Origin: the human T2T-CHM13v2.0 reference genome, Homo sapiens
Length of the DNA stretch: 64,000 nt
Assembly (NCBI RefSeq): GCF_009914755.1
Contig: NC_060929.1
Reading direction: 5' to 3' (one strand)
A program made the position numbers and the translations under genes. Every line of letters begins with the position of its first letter. The stretch's first letter is position 1. This document shows, piece by piece, positions 31,461-45,420 of the stretch. Under the pieces are notes generated by a model. It was not told where the DNA came from. It saw nothing but the letters and a program-made list of their open reading frames with translations, and ran no database searches.

Positions 31461-33620
31461 AAATGTTTACTATATAAAGTACCAGTCTTATAGTCATCTG
31501 AAGTTGTGTACAAATGGTAATTCTTTTGTTTTTGCCCTATATTATCTCATACTATGCCTTCTGAACAGGAGAAGATGGTATTAGAAAATTCCACTTAATG
31601 GTGAGTATATATGTGTTTGAAATGATGATGACACAATTTATTATTATTTTCGTTTGCCTTTCTTGAATTTCTTCTACTGGGAAAGCTGAAAGAGAAATGT
31701 AATAAAAAGGAGACATGTGCTCACTAGGCAGAATTTATTTTTAGTCAACAAACAAAAATTTAAATTTTCAGGCTTCAACCTATGTACTCAGATTGAAAAA
31801 TACATTTTATTTTATACCTCCATATCAGTTCATGTTGATAAGAAAAAAAACAGACTAACATCATCCAAAACAGGTGCATTCAAATACAGATGTAGAAATT
31901 TGATTACCTGTCATTATCCATGTACCTCTATTTGCCTTTCCTGCTATACTGTAGGGTCATATACACTACCTGTCAATTAGGGTGCAGACATGTCATTTGT
32001 TCTTTGGATTTGTTTGTCAAAAATGGCACTGCCATCCTTTTTTGGTTTGAAAGCTTGTTTCAGTCAGCCACTTTCCTGAGCTAAACTCTAGTCTTTATTA
32101 TTCAGAGTAATGTAACTATATTCCTGTTTAAAGTGGCTGCAAACTTCATATAGAAGTTATACTCTAGCATGCAAACAAGAAAGAAAGAAGTAAAATCATC
32201 TCTGTCTGCAGATGATATGATTTTCTCTGCATAAAACCCTAAAGACTCCACCAAAAAATTGTTAGAGCAAATAAACAAAGTCAATGAAGTTGTAGAATAC
32301 AAAATCAACATACAAAAATCAGTTGCATTTCTATACAATAACAATAACTATCTTAAAAAAATAAGAAAAATCTCATTCACAGTAGCATAAAAGAACAAAA
32401 GAATTAATACCTTAAAAATGTTCTTATTACCCAAAGTTATCTATAGATTCAATGCAATCAAAATTCCAATATCATTATTCACAAAAAGTAGAAAAAAAAT
32501 CTTAAAATTTGTATGGGATCATAAGAGATTCTGAATAGCAAAGCAATTTTGAGCAAGAAAAACATAGCTAAGCGTCTCATAGTACCTGATTTTAAATTAC
32601 TTTAAAAAGCTATAGTAGTCAAAACAGTATGGTACTGACCTAAAAAGAGACACATAGACTCTATCAGTAGAACAGGATAGAAAGCTGAGAAATAAACCTA
32701 TACATATGCAGTTAACTGATCTTCACAAAGGCAATAATATATGATGGGAAAAACATAATCTCTTATAAATGCTTTTGGGAAAACTGGTTATCCACATGCA
32801 AAAGAATAAAATTGGATTCTTATCTTACATCATGCATAAAAATCAACCTAAAATTATTAGGCTTAAATGTAAGACCTGAAACCAAAACACCCTATAAAAA
32901 CACATAGGGGAAAAACACTTAGATATTGAAATTGGCAATAATTTATTCTGATATGTTGCTAAAAGCACAGGCAACAAAAGTAAAAATAACAAGTGGGACT
33001 ACATCAAACTAGAAAGTGACTATACAGCAAACAACACAATCAACAAAATAAAAAGGCAAACTATGGAATGAGAGAAAATATTTGCAAAACATATATCTGA
33101 CAGGGGCAAAAATCCAAAACATATAAGGAACTCACACAACTCAATAAAAAAAAAACAGATTAAAAAATTGTCACAAGACTTGAATATACCTTTTACCAAA
33201 GAAGCCATACAAATGACCAACAGATAAATGAAAAGGGACTTCTTAGCATCGCTATTCATCACGGAAACGCAAATCAAAACCACAATGAGGCATCATCTCC
33301 CACATATTAGAATGTCTATTATCAAAAAGACAAAACATAACAAGTCACGGTGAGAATGTGAAAAAACAGGGAATCCTTGTACACTATTGGTGGGATTGTA
33401 AATTGCTACAGCCGTTATGAAAAACTGTATGGAGTTACCTCACAAAAGTAAAAATAAAACTACTGTTTGATCCAGCAACCCCACTACTACCCAAGGGAAA
33501 TGAAATCATTATTTCAAAGAGATAGCTGCACTCCCATGCTCACTGCAGCATAGTCATAATTACCAAGATATGGAAACAACCTAAGCGTCTACTGATGAAT
33601 GCATGGATAAAGAAAAGGTG

Positions 33621-33623
<3 letters not shown>

Positions 33624-33652
<29 letters not shown>
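33624..33652. repeat. (CA)n inside L1MA
   Basis: Directly visible. Confidence 0.95.
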
Positions 33653-33655
<3 letters not shown>

Positions 33656-34109
33656 AATATTATTCAGCCTTAAAAAGAAGGAAATCTTGTCATTTGTGTC
33701 AACATAGATGAATCTAGAGGAGACTATTGTAAGTGGAATAGAGCAGACATAGGATATTACTGCATGATCTCATTTTGATGCAGAATCTAAAAAGGTCAAA
33801 TTCATATAAACAGGAAGAGGAATGGTGGCTGCCAGGGTTGCCAGAGCTTGGAGTGTAGGGAAATGGAGTGAAGTGGTTCAAAGAGTGCAAACCTTCAGTT
33901 ACAAGGAGATTAAATTCTGTAGGTCAAATGTGAAGCATTGTGACTACAGTTAATAATAATGTATTATAAATTGAAATTCAGTAAGAGATGAAGTCTTAAG
34001 TATTCTCACCAAATAAATAAATACACACATATATGCATACGTACATACATAAGTTAATTAGCTTGATGGGTGAATCATTTTACAACTTGTATGCCCTTCA
34101 AAACATCCT

Positions 34110-34351
34110 CGCTGTTGTAGTGAGAACACATGGACTCAAGGAGGGGAACATCACACACTGGGGTCTGTCGGGGGCTGGGGGGAAAGGGGAGGGAGAGCAT
34201 TAGGACATATACCTAATGCATGTGAGGCTTAAAACCTAGATGACGAGTTGATAGGTGCAACAAATCACCATGGTACATGTATACCTGTGTAACAAACCTG
34301 CACGTTCTGCACATGTATCCTGGAACTTAAAGTAAAATAAAAAATAAAAAT
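34110..34351 (+). mobile_element. Short L1PA7/8-type 3'UTR insertion
   Basis: ggcttaaaacctagatgacgagttgataggtgc...aacttaaagtaaaataaaaaa; TSD aaacatcct (34101-34109 / 34352-34360); five G-tracts at 34160-34193 (G4-capable). Confidence 0.92.
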
Positions 34352-34904
34352 AAACATCCTGTTGCATACCATAAATACATACAATGTTTGTCAATTATAC
34401 CTTTAAAAAGCTGGAAAAAAGTAAAGACCACAAAAAGAAGAAGGAAAAGAAGGTATAGGCTTTCATATCATATTGAATAAAGGAGTTAGCTTCTTTCCTA
34501 ATACTGTGGTGGGGTAATTAGATTCTCTGACTGCCTGTGAAATTGTAAGGGGAAAAAAGTATATTTTAACAAAGACATTTGAATACTTAATATAAAATCT
34601 GACTTATCTTTTTTCTTTTTCATTTCCAACAAGTTGATTTTTTTACTGGGTCTCAGTTTTTTCATAGGTACATTAAGTATTATAATAATACAGTAATAAG
34701 ACTTGCTTTATAGAGATATGCTCAGGATCATTAAACATTATGATACCCCCTCCTCTTTGTGCACGTAATTAGAAAATTGTATGAGATATAAACTTCAAAC
34801 TTCTTAGCAATCAATGATCAGATATATTATAGAATCTCTTTAGATGACACGAATTCTATATATTGTGAGCTTAGAAATATGTAACCTATATAGGATTATG
34901 AGAG

Positions 34905-35125
34905 GCCAAATAACGTTGTAGTTCAGAGCCTTGCCTTTGAAGTCAAAATAGCTGTCACTTAGACATAGTGAGGAAGGCTGTGTAACTTCTCTTTGCCTTG
35001 ATTTCTTCACTTATAAATTTGAGCCAAAAAATAGTTTTGTTAGCCAAGTTAATTAAGAATTACAAAATATTATGAATAGCACATGAGGCATAGTAAACAT
35101 TGAATACATTTATTTACTATTAATT
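34905..35125 (+). mobile_element. MIR fragment
   Basis: aacttctctttgccttgatttcttcacttataaa...gcacatgaggcatagtaaacattgaatacatt. Confidence 0.6.
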
Positions 35126-35176
35126 TGTTATATTACTAAACTGCATGCTCTCACACTCACATTATATGGATTTGGA

Positions 35177-35335
35177 TGGTACAGAAAAGAGCCATTCTGA
35201 TTCCCTTTCATGGAAAGACTAGTTGACCAGCTGATGGGACTGCTGTGAACAAACAAACTTTAAGTGTCAGCCCTTTCAGGGACTGCTTCAGTTTCAGAGA
35301 AATGCCCTGAGATATTCAGTAGACTTCATCTGAAT
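35177..35335 (+). mobile_element. LTR16-like ERVL LTR fragment
   Basis: gattccctttcatggaaagactagttgaccagctgatgggactgctgt...gtcagccctttcagggactgcttcag. Confidence 0.6.
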
Positions 35336-37637
35336 GGAAATTCCAGATATTGTGTGCCACCCATTGCCATTAGGAAGCACTGTCCCCTCATCCTGCCAAC
35401 ACTACTAGGTAGGAGGTTAGTCCCAGCTACTCCTGTGGACATCCTACTCAGCGTATTGCATCACACCTTCCCAATCCAAAAATGTTACTATCAACCTAAA
35501 GTTGACAGGCAATATTAGCAATGTGACATTCCATATTATTCTTTCAACCAAAATATATTAAGAAACTATAAAGTGTTAGGCTTTATCTAGGTTCCAGAAT
35601 ATAAAAAATTAAAATAAAACAAAATAAAATAAATTATGTTCCTTAATATTATGAATATCTGTTAACTTCCCACCATATCAAATGACATGATCATCTCTCT
35701 GAAGAATATCTTACAAGGATGTATCTCCACAGCTGCAGTTTCAAGTAGACTCTCACCACAAGTTGCACTGTCTGACCAAATGTGCTCTAAAAACAGTGGC
35801 ATTTACAATGGGGTAGAATTAGCTTAGCATATGCAATGAATCTCCAAGGAAATAAGTGAGATTCCCAAATTCAGTATGCAATTTTGGCTAAAACTGAACT
35901 AACTTCCTAAGTATAACCCACTCATAATTATTCTTACACTGCTTTAAAAAATTATGTGTCTCCCACCTGGTACAAATGTTATCATTGCTTAGGGCTAGAA
36001 AATGTCTGGGGTTCTAAAAGTACAATTTAAAAGAGTGATGTTGCTGTTAAGGAAGTAAATGAATTTAATTAATGGGTACAGATTTCTTTGGCAAATCAGA
36101 AAATTTCTATTTTCTTACTTTCAACAAATTTAAAGGAGAATCTAAATGAGTTCTGAGCTGATCAATAATTAAAAATATTTTATGACAGATAATACCAAGA
36201 CTTTCTTTTCATTTTTCTCACTTAGAAGTAAAGTATGAAGTGACGTCATTAAAATTGAGTCTGTTTTTATCTGAATCTACTTTTCAACATGAACTTATTT
36301 CCTAAGCAATTACTTTTAAGGTTAAAACCAAGAATAAAGTTAATCTATACATACTTGAAAAATTAAAAAGAAGCCTCTTCCATCCCTGAAATTGATGCAA
36401 TCTCAATAACGTTTTGTATTTCATTATGTTTATTTTTTATTTTTAAATATTAATATGTTTATGTGGTTTGGCTTAATTGCATATTAACCTCAGTTGAATT
36501 AGCTCAATCAAGGATAAACTGTTTAGCACTTAGTGCCTTGCATTCTTAATATAATACATAAACTTAATTTCAATTTATATACATACTTTTATTACATAGA
36601 ATTATGACAGGGTTACAAATCTTAGACACTCAAATGTAATACTGTATGTTACAACAAAATTTCTGCAGGAAAATAGAATGAAAATAAAAATTCAAATGTA
36701 AGAAGATATAAAGAACAATTTCTCATTCTTAAAGAAGAGCTAATGCCTATATTCTTTAAATAGTGTTGATGAGAGAGTATAGATTTGTCAAAAATCTTGT
36801 AGAGGATCCGAAAGCAGAAATTTTAGAATTCCCACATTAAAATATTTATTTTCTGTTTTCCTGTACATACTAAATTCTAATCTCATTACCTAAGAGTGAC
36901 ATTAGTTGTAATACCAATGGTGTAAAACATCCCTTGTCTTATAGGACTTTACTGTAAAAAAAAAAATTACAACACTCAAATATCTGTATAAAATATAATG
37001 AAACACTATTCAATCTATCACTGTAAATAAATTGCATCTCTCTCAAACATATATCAACTTCAGCAAAATCAAAGGCAGATTATTTTTTTACCCACATTTA
37101 TTTCCCTAATTTTTCAACTCAAAATTAAGCCATTTAAAAACATTATTTTAGCAAAATACATATAAAGTAAGATAAATCACTGTTACAATAAACTTGTTTG
37201 CTACATGTTTACTATAAATAATGCTTAAAGCAGCTTTTAACACTTAAATACAGTGTATTCTTTTATTTTGGAAACAGTGGTAATTATCATAGATATGGGC
37301 AGAATAATGCGTGAAACGTATTGCCAACAATGCAGAGGCAGAAGAGGTATATTTACCTAATTAATAGTTAGGGGACACATGAAAGAAGTTTCCTCAGACT
37401 TACACCTTTGCCCTCAGTTATTATTAGAAATATACTTGATGATACAATATTGTTTGTAATAAAAAATGTCATTTGGATTATTGCTAACTTTGACTTATAG
37501 ACACTTGTAAAATAATATTTTCAGTAAAATAATACAAAATAACTATTATAGAAACTTGATATTTTAAGGAAATCTATGGATAGTTTCTGTTTTACAGTTG
37601 TATAATCATAATGTATTTATCTTAAAAAATACATTTG

Positions 37638-38072
37638 TGTTGAGAACTGGATGACCTAATTCTTAGAGATCATTTGCTTCAGGAAACCTTTACAGACAAG
37701 ACTGTAAAGAAATATATCACATCATTCTTCATGAATTCATACAGATCAATTTATTTGAGACAATGGTCAACTTACTTGAGCAAACAAGCTTGCTTATCAG
37801 ACAACTGTGTAGCTAGCAAGATTCACTACAAACCTTTCTCTGTTTATAACCACTAATAACCAATTATTATTTCTCCAAATTTTACTCAACCATAGCTATT
37901 TCCATACTTAAGATCTACCTCAAACGACTTAAGCCCAGGCCTCAAACCTATGATATCTTTTCCTCTCAGATAATACTAAGATTGTCAAGATGGTGCTCTT
38001 TCTTACTACCGTGAGCCCTAATAGGCGTAGTTATACTTTACCAATACATTTTGTTTGTAACAGGTTATTAAC
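37638..38072 (+). mobile_element. ERV1-type solo LTR (MER31/MER67-like)
   Basis: TG...CA ends; tactaagattgtcaagatggtgctctttcttactaccgtgagccctaata resembles the MER31/67 3' portion. Confidence 0.5.
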
Positions 38073-38933
38073 AAGTTGATAATTCAGGAAGTTCATAAGT
38101 AGACAATTTCTTATTCACATTTTCCATCATATTTTCTACTTGTCACTACCAATGATTTTCTAGTTATTTAATGTTTATGAGCTGACAAGTGAGACCACTT
38201 AGCAATACAGAAAGATGCGGTTTGTACATATAACATTTTAAATTGTTAAAAAAGTAACATTTGAAAACAAAATTAATCTGACAAATGTTATAATCAGGCA
38301 TTCTTAATATGATCCCATATGATAAATTAGTACAAATACTCAATATTTACCTTAACGGAAACAGTAAGTTTTTTCTTTATTACGAAGTCATTTTAAAGTT
38401 CTAATTTTCCTATTCACATTAGTGATTTAGCTTCTAAATCTACACAACATTAAGTGCTGCTCAGCACCACAAATGCCTCTGAAAATTGACAGCTCTGTCA
38501 CATCTCACTGCCTCTCCTACAACATGGATCCATGCGATGCACACGTCGTCTTTCTTTTTAAATGTTGATATAAAAACTTTTTGTTCTTTTAATTAGATTA
38601 AGGTGTGTAGGCAGGTTGAATAGTGTTCCTGCAGATTGTCACTAGATTACACAAGCTAGGGTATTCATATAGATATAAAACCTAAGGAAGAAATTGAAAC
38701 TACATTTTTATTTTTGAAGCGTTACATCAAAATCTCTATCTGTGATCATTAACGTCTACAAATTTATACAAAGGAGACATTTATATATATTGAGGAAAAT
38801 GTTCAGCAGTAGATTTCTAAATTTTTGTCTTAGGCTAACTCAAATATATTTTAGAAACTTATTTGTGTCTCATAGCCAATAAGTCTAAGGGACAGTTCGG
38901 AAAGATGTTAGCTAGGACACTCCACTTGAGGTA

Positions 38934-39009
38934 GTAGGTGCAAAAGTAATTGCGGTTTTTGCCATTACTTTCAATGGCAAAAACCGCAATTACTTTTGCA
39001 CCAACCTAA
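38934..39009. mobile_element. MADE1 (Hsmar1-derived mariner MITE)
   Basis: Perfect 30-bp inverted repeat ggtgcaaaagtaattgcggtttttgccatt with 6-nt loop actttc; TA on both sides; 4-bp deletion in the outer left TIR. Confidence 0.97.
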
Positions 39010-39230
39010 TAATAGTTGAAATAATAATATCAAACCTTATGGATACTTTGATGACATTGATATTTATGCTGTAAGATATTCAAGGAAAAAGAAAAAAGAT
39101 CGAAATTGCTCACAATAGTATCTTTACCAAACCCTACCCAAGAACATGAGCAGGGTAACAGTTTACATCAACCACAAGTTGGCCAAATCCATGGTAGTCA
39201 CTAAAAGCCTGTCTTGTTTCTTATTTCTTC

Positions 39231-39300
39231 TGTGTGTGTGTGTGCATGTGTGTGTGTGTGTGTGTCTGAATGTGTGTGTGTGTACCTGTGTGTCTGTGTG
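39231..39300. repeat. Imperfect (TG)n
   Basis: Directly visible. Confidence 0.93.
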
Positions 39301-39592
39301 CAGCTGAACCACAGTCTTGCAAATAAAAGACCATAGTTGGATTTATTTTTTGCCATAATCTAGTACATTTAATGATATTGAAAACTCCCCATCATTTTGG
39401 TTAAAAATTTTATGAATTGGTTATTCAGGATAAAGTAGCATATTAAACTTTTGTAGCACATTATTTCAGTTTGTTACTTTTAATTGTATCCCTGACTCAT
39501 TTGAGAATGTATGTTCCAGGACATTTTGGCTTGAGAGCATTAAATTATTTTCCTTTTCTATATTTGAATCTTCCTAAAACCTGTTTCTTGGA

Positions 39593-39619
39593 ATATACAT
39601 ATATATATGTGTGTGTGTG

Positions 39620-39672
<53 letters not shown>

Positions 39673-39686
39673 ATATATATATGTAT
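39593..39686. repeat. Alternating (TA)n/(TG)n compound microsatellite
   Basis: Directly visible. Confidence 0.95.
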
Positions 39687-41019
39687 AAGAGTGTGTACCT
39701 ATGAATGTGTACAGATGTCTTGGCTAAACGGTAGTATAAATGGCAAGAATCATATGTTACCCAAGCTGCCTGAAGTTTTCTAGTTACAAATAAACTCTAA
39801 AATTTCTAAACCATTAGGAGCATCACTACTATAAAATCATCTGTTCACGTGCATTTGCTTAATATTCTTGTATTTTTCACGTCCCTTAGTGAATCTAAAA
39901 GATAAGTAAAAGTTTTTCTGTGATGTAAGTTTTTGAACTTAATGAATTAGAAAGAAGAATGTAAAACCCAAGTAAGCTATATTTAGAAAAATGTAATTTG
40001 ACCAGCATGTGATGGACAAGTGACTAGGTTACTGGTAAGAAAGACTGTATTACTATTAATTCCTAAAGTTAGCTACTTGGTCAAATAAACTAGTTTATTC
40101 TTAATTACAATTACAAAAATGATGCCAGTTTTCATTTGTCTAGTGAGTGATGATGACAATAACAATAATAATAATGTAATTTTAAAGCTAGCTTCACTAG
40201 TCTCTCTCTGTCATAGCTGTTATATCTTCTTTTTCTCTTATGAATCCAACTCCTGATAGTTTTAATAGGAAAAACTATAATTATTGTAATTATAAAATGG
40301 CATCAACTGTTTTGACTATAACTAGGTCTTATACATGCTCACATATTTTTCCTATGTCATTTTTAACTGCAGTCCTTAAAATAAAAGTATCTATTTCAGC
40401 TTTCTAATGAGGCTGTCAAACTGAAGCATTTTATTTATTTATTCTTTATCTAAGGTTAACGATAAAACTCAATATGACTTTTAAAAAAAAAATCCACCTC
40501 TTGGCTGCCCATATTACATACTACTATGCCCAAGAATGGTTAGCTATTTTTCAATGATTCACTCAGGAAGCAGCAAAAATTTTACTATTTTGTGATTAAC
40601 TTGTAGCTTTCTTTGAATTACATTTGCAAAATGTAGGATCCAAAATAAATGATCTAGTTCTTATTTTAGCAAAATTATGAGGAACAAAAATATAAATATT
40701 AGATATCTAGAGGATAAATATATATATAGGCATGAATATGAACATCAGACATCAAAGATAGGTTTTTAACAGATGTTGATTAAAACGGGGATAGTTTAAT
40801 CTTCTGTTTATATGATTGCTTTGAAGTTCAGTAAAACATTACTTCAAATAGTTCTGATATGTATTTTCTTAACAAGAAAGGACAACAGCATAATGAAAAA
40901 ATGTGCCAAAAATTTTAACAATGTGACTTTACATTTATATTTAATAGTAGTTAATATTAATATTTAATAATGTATCCTTTATATGAATGGATAGAATAAA
41001 AGAAATCACTAATCAATAG

Positions 41020-41382
<363 letters not shown>

Positions 41383-42401
41383 GGTTCATTTATATTTTTA
41401 TAAACTTTTTAATGACAGCTGATTTTACAGTTCAGTGCCTTATTTTGGGGGAACTGTAGGCATAGAGGAAAGATAAATGTTCACCCAATAGCTTAAACTA
41501 GGTCATATAACAGATATAATACAAAACAAAATATTTAAAAGTTAATGTTAAAATAATTGTGCAAGTTTTCTATAATAGCTGGGGGACCAGTGATTTAAGA
41601 GGGAGGAAAAAGTAAAAGAAAGCTTATTTCATTTTTTTTACAGGCTTATATATTGGCATGCAGGTCCATTTAATAAATAAAGTTGTAAGAAAATGATCAA
41701 ACTAAGGCTTTAGGGCCACATGTGTCCCTTTGGAGCTTTTAACAGCCATCATTCTGCAAAAAACTTACTAGATATGCCTGTTAAGTGCCATAGGGTACAC
41801 AGATTCTTTAAGCATGTTGGTATCTTAAAGTATTTACAATCTGGTTGAACAGATAAGACTTGTACAAACAAAATTACAATTCAGGGAAGTATAAGTTAAG
41901 TGTCAAGTGCCAGGTGAAAAATGTTTCTATTGAAATTCAAAGGGAAAAATAACTTCTGCTTAGAGTTTCACTTAAAACCTCCATGCAATCTCAAAGAAAA
42001 GAATGAAAATGAAATGTTCTGATTCTGGTTAAGGTAATATTGTTTTCTTAAAAATCTTAATTTGATACTGCAAGAGCAGGGCCTCTAAATGCCTTATATA
42101 CAATCTAGAAAATAATTTTAGAAAGATACATTTAAAGTGATAAAATGACTCAATAGCAATGAGCATAATAAATTCTAGTTTGTATCCACTTGAATAACTT
42201 TATATTTTATATTAGGAAGCATATCTCGTATTTTAAAAATGGAAATTCAGACAAAGTAACAGTTGTTGAGTCTTATGTACACAATCAAGGCAATTTGGTT
42301 TACTGGAGAGAGAGAGAAAAAAAGGAAAAGAAAGAAAAAGAGAGTTTCCATGAGTGATAGGCCACGTTCATTACTTAAATTCCAAATATAATTATTTTCA
42401 T

Positions 42402-42750
42402 GTATTAGTTAAAATAAGAAACAGAAGTCAGTGACTTAACTCAATAAAGACTGGTTCCTAATTGCATGACAGATTCTGGTCAGATAGTTTTCTTAAGTGT
42501 TTTCCTCCAGGAGTAAGGATGCATCTTCTTCTATTATTTGTATCTGTTATCTCCTGGTCTTTCACTTCCAACTCCTTGTATAAGGAAAAGAGACAGGATG
42601 AACAATCATGGCAGATACCTTAGTATTCAGACCTGGAATATTTGATATTTTTATCCACATTCCAGTATTTGGTAGTATTTAGATGCAAAGTAGGGAGTAG
42701 ATGTTAGACAGTATAGTATCCTTATGTGTCCAGGAAGAAATAAAACACGT
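42402..42750 (-). mobile_element. Old MLT1 (K/L-type) LTR fragment
   Basis: tgtattagtt...cagtgacttaactcaataaag...tccacattcca...tatgtgtccaggaagaa. Confidence 0.55.
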
Positions 42751-43779
42751 AGCACTTCCTTTGTTAAATTTTATTTTCAATAAATGTCAATAGAGTGAAT
42801 ATTTTTATTTTTTATTCTAATATCATTTTTTGTTCATTTTTAAGGTGGGGTACTGCATCCAATTCATTGCCTATCATCTTTGTAGGGTGATAAATCAAAG
42901 TGTTCTATTTTGCCAGCACAAAACCCTAAAGTCTGCCAGATAGTCCCACTATTAAATCCATTCTCATCCTGCCATGATAGAGTGAAAAGGTGGATGTGGT
43001 TATCTAAATTCTGCCAACTGAATTATTTTTATGTATTTTTGAATTATAAGAAGAATTGTTCAAGAAGAACTGTGATTTATATACTTATCTTAGTAATAAT
43101 ACTGAGAAATACGGTTAAGTATCAGTTGCTCTCTAGATGCTTTAAATTGGCTGATTCCTATCTTGGTTGCCGTGTTTGTTTCTAGCCAAAATATCCTGAC
43201 ATAGTAATCCATTATGTGAGCAACCCAATATTGTATAAATAATTTCCTCTTTTTTTCTCTTAAGTAAAACCTTAGTTTTTTTTATCTCTTGCAACTAACA
43301 AACCCTAGTTAGTACATTAATACTTTCATTTAAAAATGAAAGATTTAAATCTTTCACTTAAAAATTTAAATCTTTCATTTAAAAATGAAAGATTATAATT
43401 GCTGTTGGCCATGAATGATTCATAATAAATTTAAAAATGATAACCAATTGGATTATGATCTAAATTTGAAAGAAGTTGGCTTTCATGATTTAATTTAATG
43501 AAGAAAAAACTTTGGCCAAAGATGGAAAATAATAAATCAGTATATACCAGCATCTTCTGTTGACTTTTGCTGTTACTTTATAAAAATGATGATTTATTCA
43601 GTTATAATGGCAATTTATTGAAATGATGGGGTTTCTCAGTTAGTATCTGGGTACAGTATTATGACATGCAAATATACTTAAAATTTTCAGTGTTATACAA
43701 ATGAGTGCAAAAGATAAATGAATATAAGTTTTACAGCAAATAATTATTTTTTAAATGTAATACTTCAATTCATAGATGA

Positions 43780-43977
43780 CAAGGTCCTGTAACAGGCCAT
43801 GTATCTTTAGCTTTGGGAGCCATATGCCACTGTTAAACCTACTCAACTTTGTGTTGTGGCACAAAAGCAGCTTTTGATAATACATGTATGAATGAGTGTG
43901 GTGGGGTACCAGTAAAACTTTATAAAAACTGATGGACATCAAGATTTGGTCTGTAGGCAGTAGTTTTTAGACCCCTT
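43780..43977 (-). mobile_element. MER58A-like hAT MITE
   Basis: ctactcaactttg...aaagcagc...gataatacatgtatgaatgagtgtgg...ccagtaaaactttat...gatttggtctgtaggcagtagttt..gacccc. Confidence 0.75.
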
Positions 43978-44890
43978 CCCTAATTTGTCAAAAATTTCTT
44001 TTTTATATTTTCATAATGAAATATGTTTGTAATAATAATGTAATAATCTCATGCAAATAGTCATCAGGATAGGTAACTGAAGTAAATAATCATTTCTGCT
44101 TTTCTGTCTATATTAATGATTGCAAATAACCATAATACTAAAATAATGGTCAAAGGAGTCTCATATGTGCACATACAATATAAACATTATGAGTGTTCTG
44201 TTTCTCTGGGTTGTAGAAATAATATTCACTTTAATTGTACTCAGTATTATTGTACTAAATTTAATTACAACTGAAATATGTGTAATCTTAATATTTTCTC
44301 ATATATTGTGAGAAAATTTTTTCAAAGTGCTTGCTTTTGTTCATATACAAGACTACATGTTGCACAGATTATTTAGAAAAATGATTTGATATAATTGATC
44401 ACTTTATTATTTATGCTTAGTTTTTTAAAAGAAAAGACCGTAAAAGGTAAGACCGTAAAAGGAAGAGATTTCATATATTTCAGAAATAAATAATAAGTCA
44501 TCCATTTTTATTGCTCACTGATTATAATCTCTTTTACTGGGAAAGTGTGAGTACTGGCATGCATATAAGATAAAAAATAAATTGATAAGATATTAGTAAA
44601 ACAAGTAATGAAATATGGATTATATATATAATACCACATACTGGGGAAAACAAAGATTAAGAAGAAGGGAAAAATTCTATTTTTAAAGAAGAAAACAGTT
44701 ACAATTTTACCTAATAAACCATAGCATATCCAAGACAAGTCATACCAAATTTTAAAAATATGTGACAAGTATGTTGCCATTTTAACAAATTCCTTGAAGG
44801 TCAAGTAGAACTCTCATCTTATTTTCTTGTAAGTGTGAAACTTTTGAGATGTTGGCGTACTATTTTACATAGACAATAGAAAAAAAAATG

Positions 44891-45175
44891 TGCCTGTAAT
44901 CCCAGCACCTTGGGAGGCTGAGGTAGCAGATCACTTGAGGTCAGGAGTTCGAGACCAGCCTGGCCAACATGGTGAAACCTCGTCTCTATTACAAATACAA
45001 AAATTAGCCAAGCATGGTGGTGGGTGACTATAATCTCACCTACATGGGAGGCTGAGGCAGGAGTATCACTTGAACCTGGGAGATAAGTTGCAGTGAGCCG
45101 AGATTGTGCTACTCCACTCCAGTCTGTGTGACACAGTGAAACTGTCTCAAAAAAACAAATAAATGAAAATAAAAA
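44891..45175 (+). mobile_element. Alu, AluSz/Sx-like, ~20 nt missing at 5' end
   Basis: tgcctgtaatcccagcac...atcacttgaggtcaggagttcgagacc...ctgtctcaaaaaaa. Confidence 0.95.
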
Positions 45176-45420
45176 TCGTACACAAAACACCTCAAATTTA
45201 GAAAAAGAAGAAAGGAAAGTGAAAATAGAAAGAGGGAAGGATGGAAAAATAATAGGATAAGAAATTGGCTGTCATCAAAATGGCAAATGTTTACTTTATG
45301 GGAAGAGGAAAAATAGTGAAAATGAATAAACCAGATTTGTGGAGATTTAAATCAATAACACAGATTGGCAGGTGGAGACTGAGTCGAACACTGAATCTTC
45401 ATCATCCTCCTTTGTAATGT

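Larger units (their letters stand above)
32168..34421 (+). mobile_element. L1MA8/9-type LINE-1, 3' ~2 kb, interrupted by a (CA)n and an L1PA fragment
   Basis: RT remnant tctctgtctgcagatgatatgatt (degenerate FADD); L1MA 3'UTR ending gtcaattatacctttaaaaagctggaaaaaa. Confidence 0.9.

Noticed and set aside
38927-38939. tgaggtagtaggt equals the first 13 nt of let-7a/b/c
   Set aside because: Most of it is explained by the TA target site plus the MADE1 terminus (taggt). There is no let-7 3' half or precursor hairpin, so it is a coincidence.
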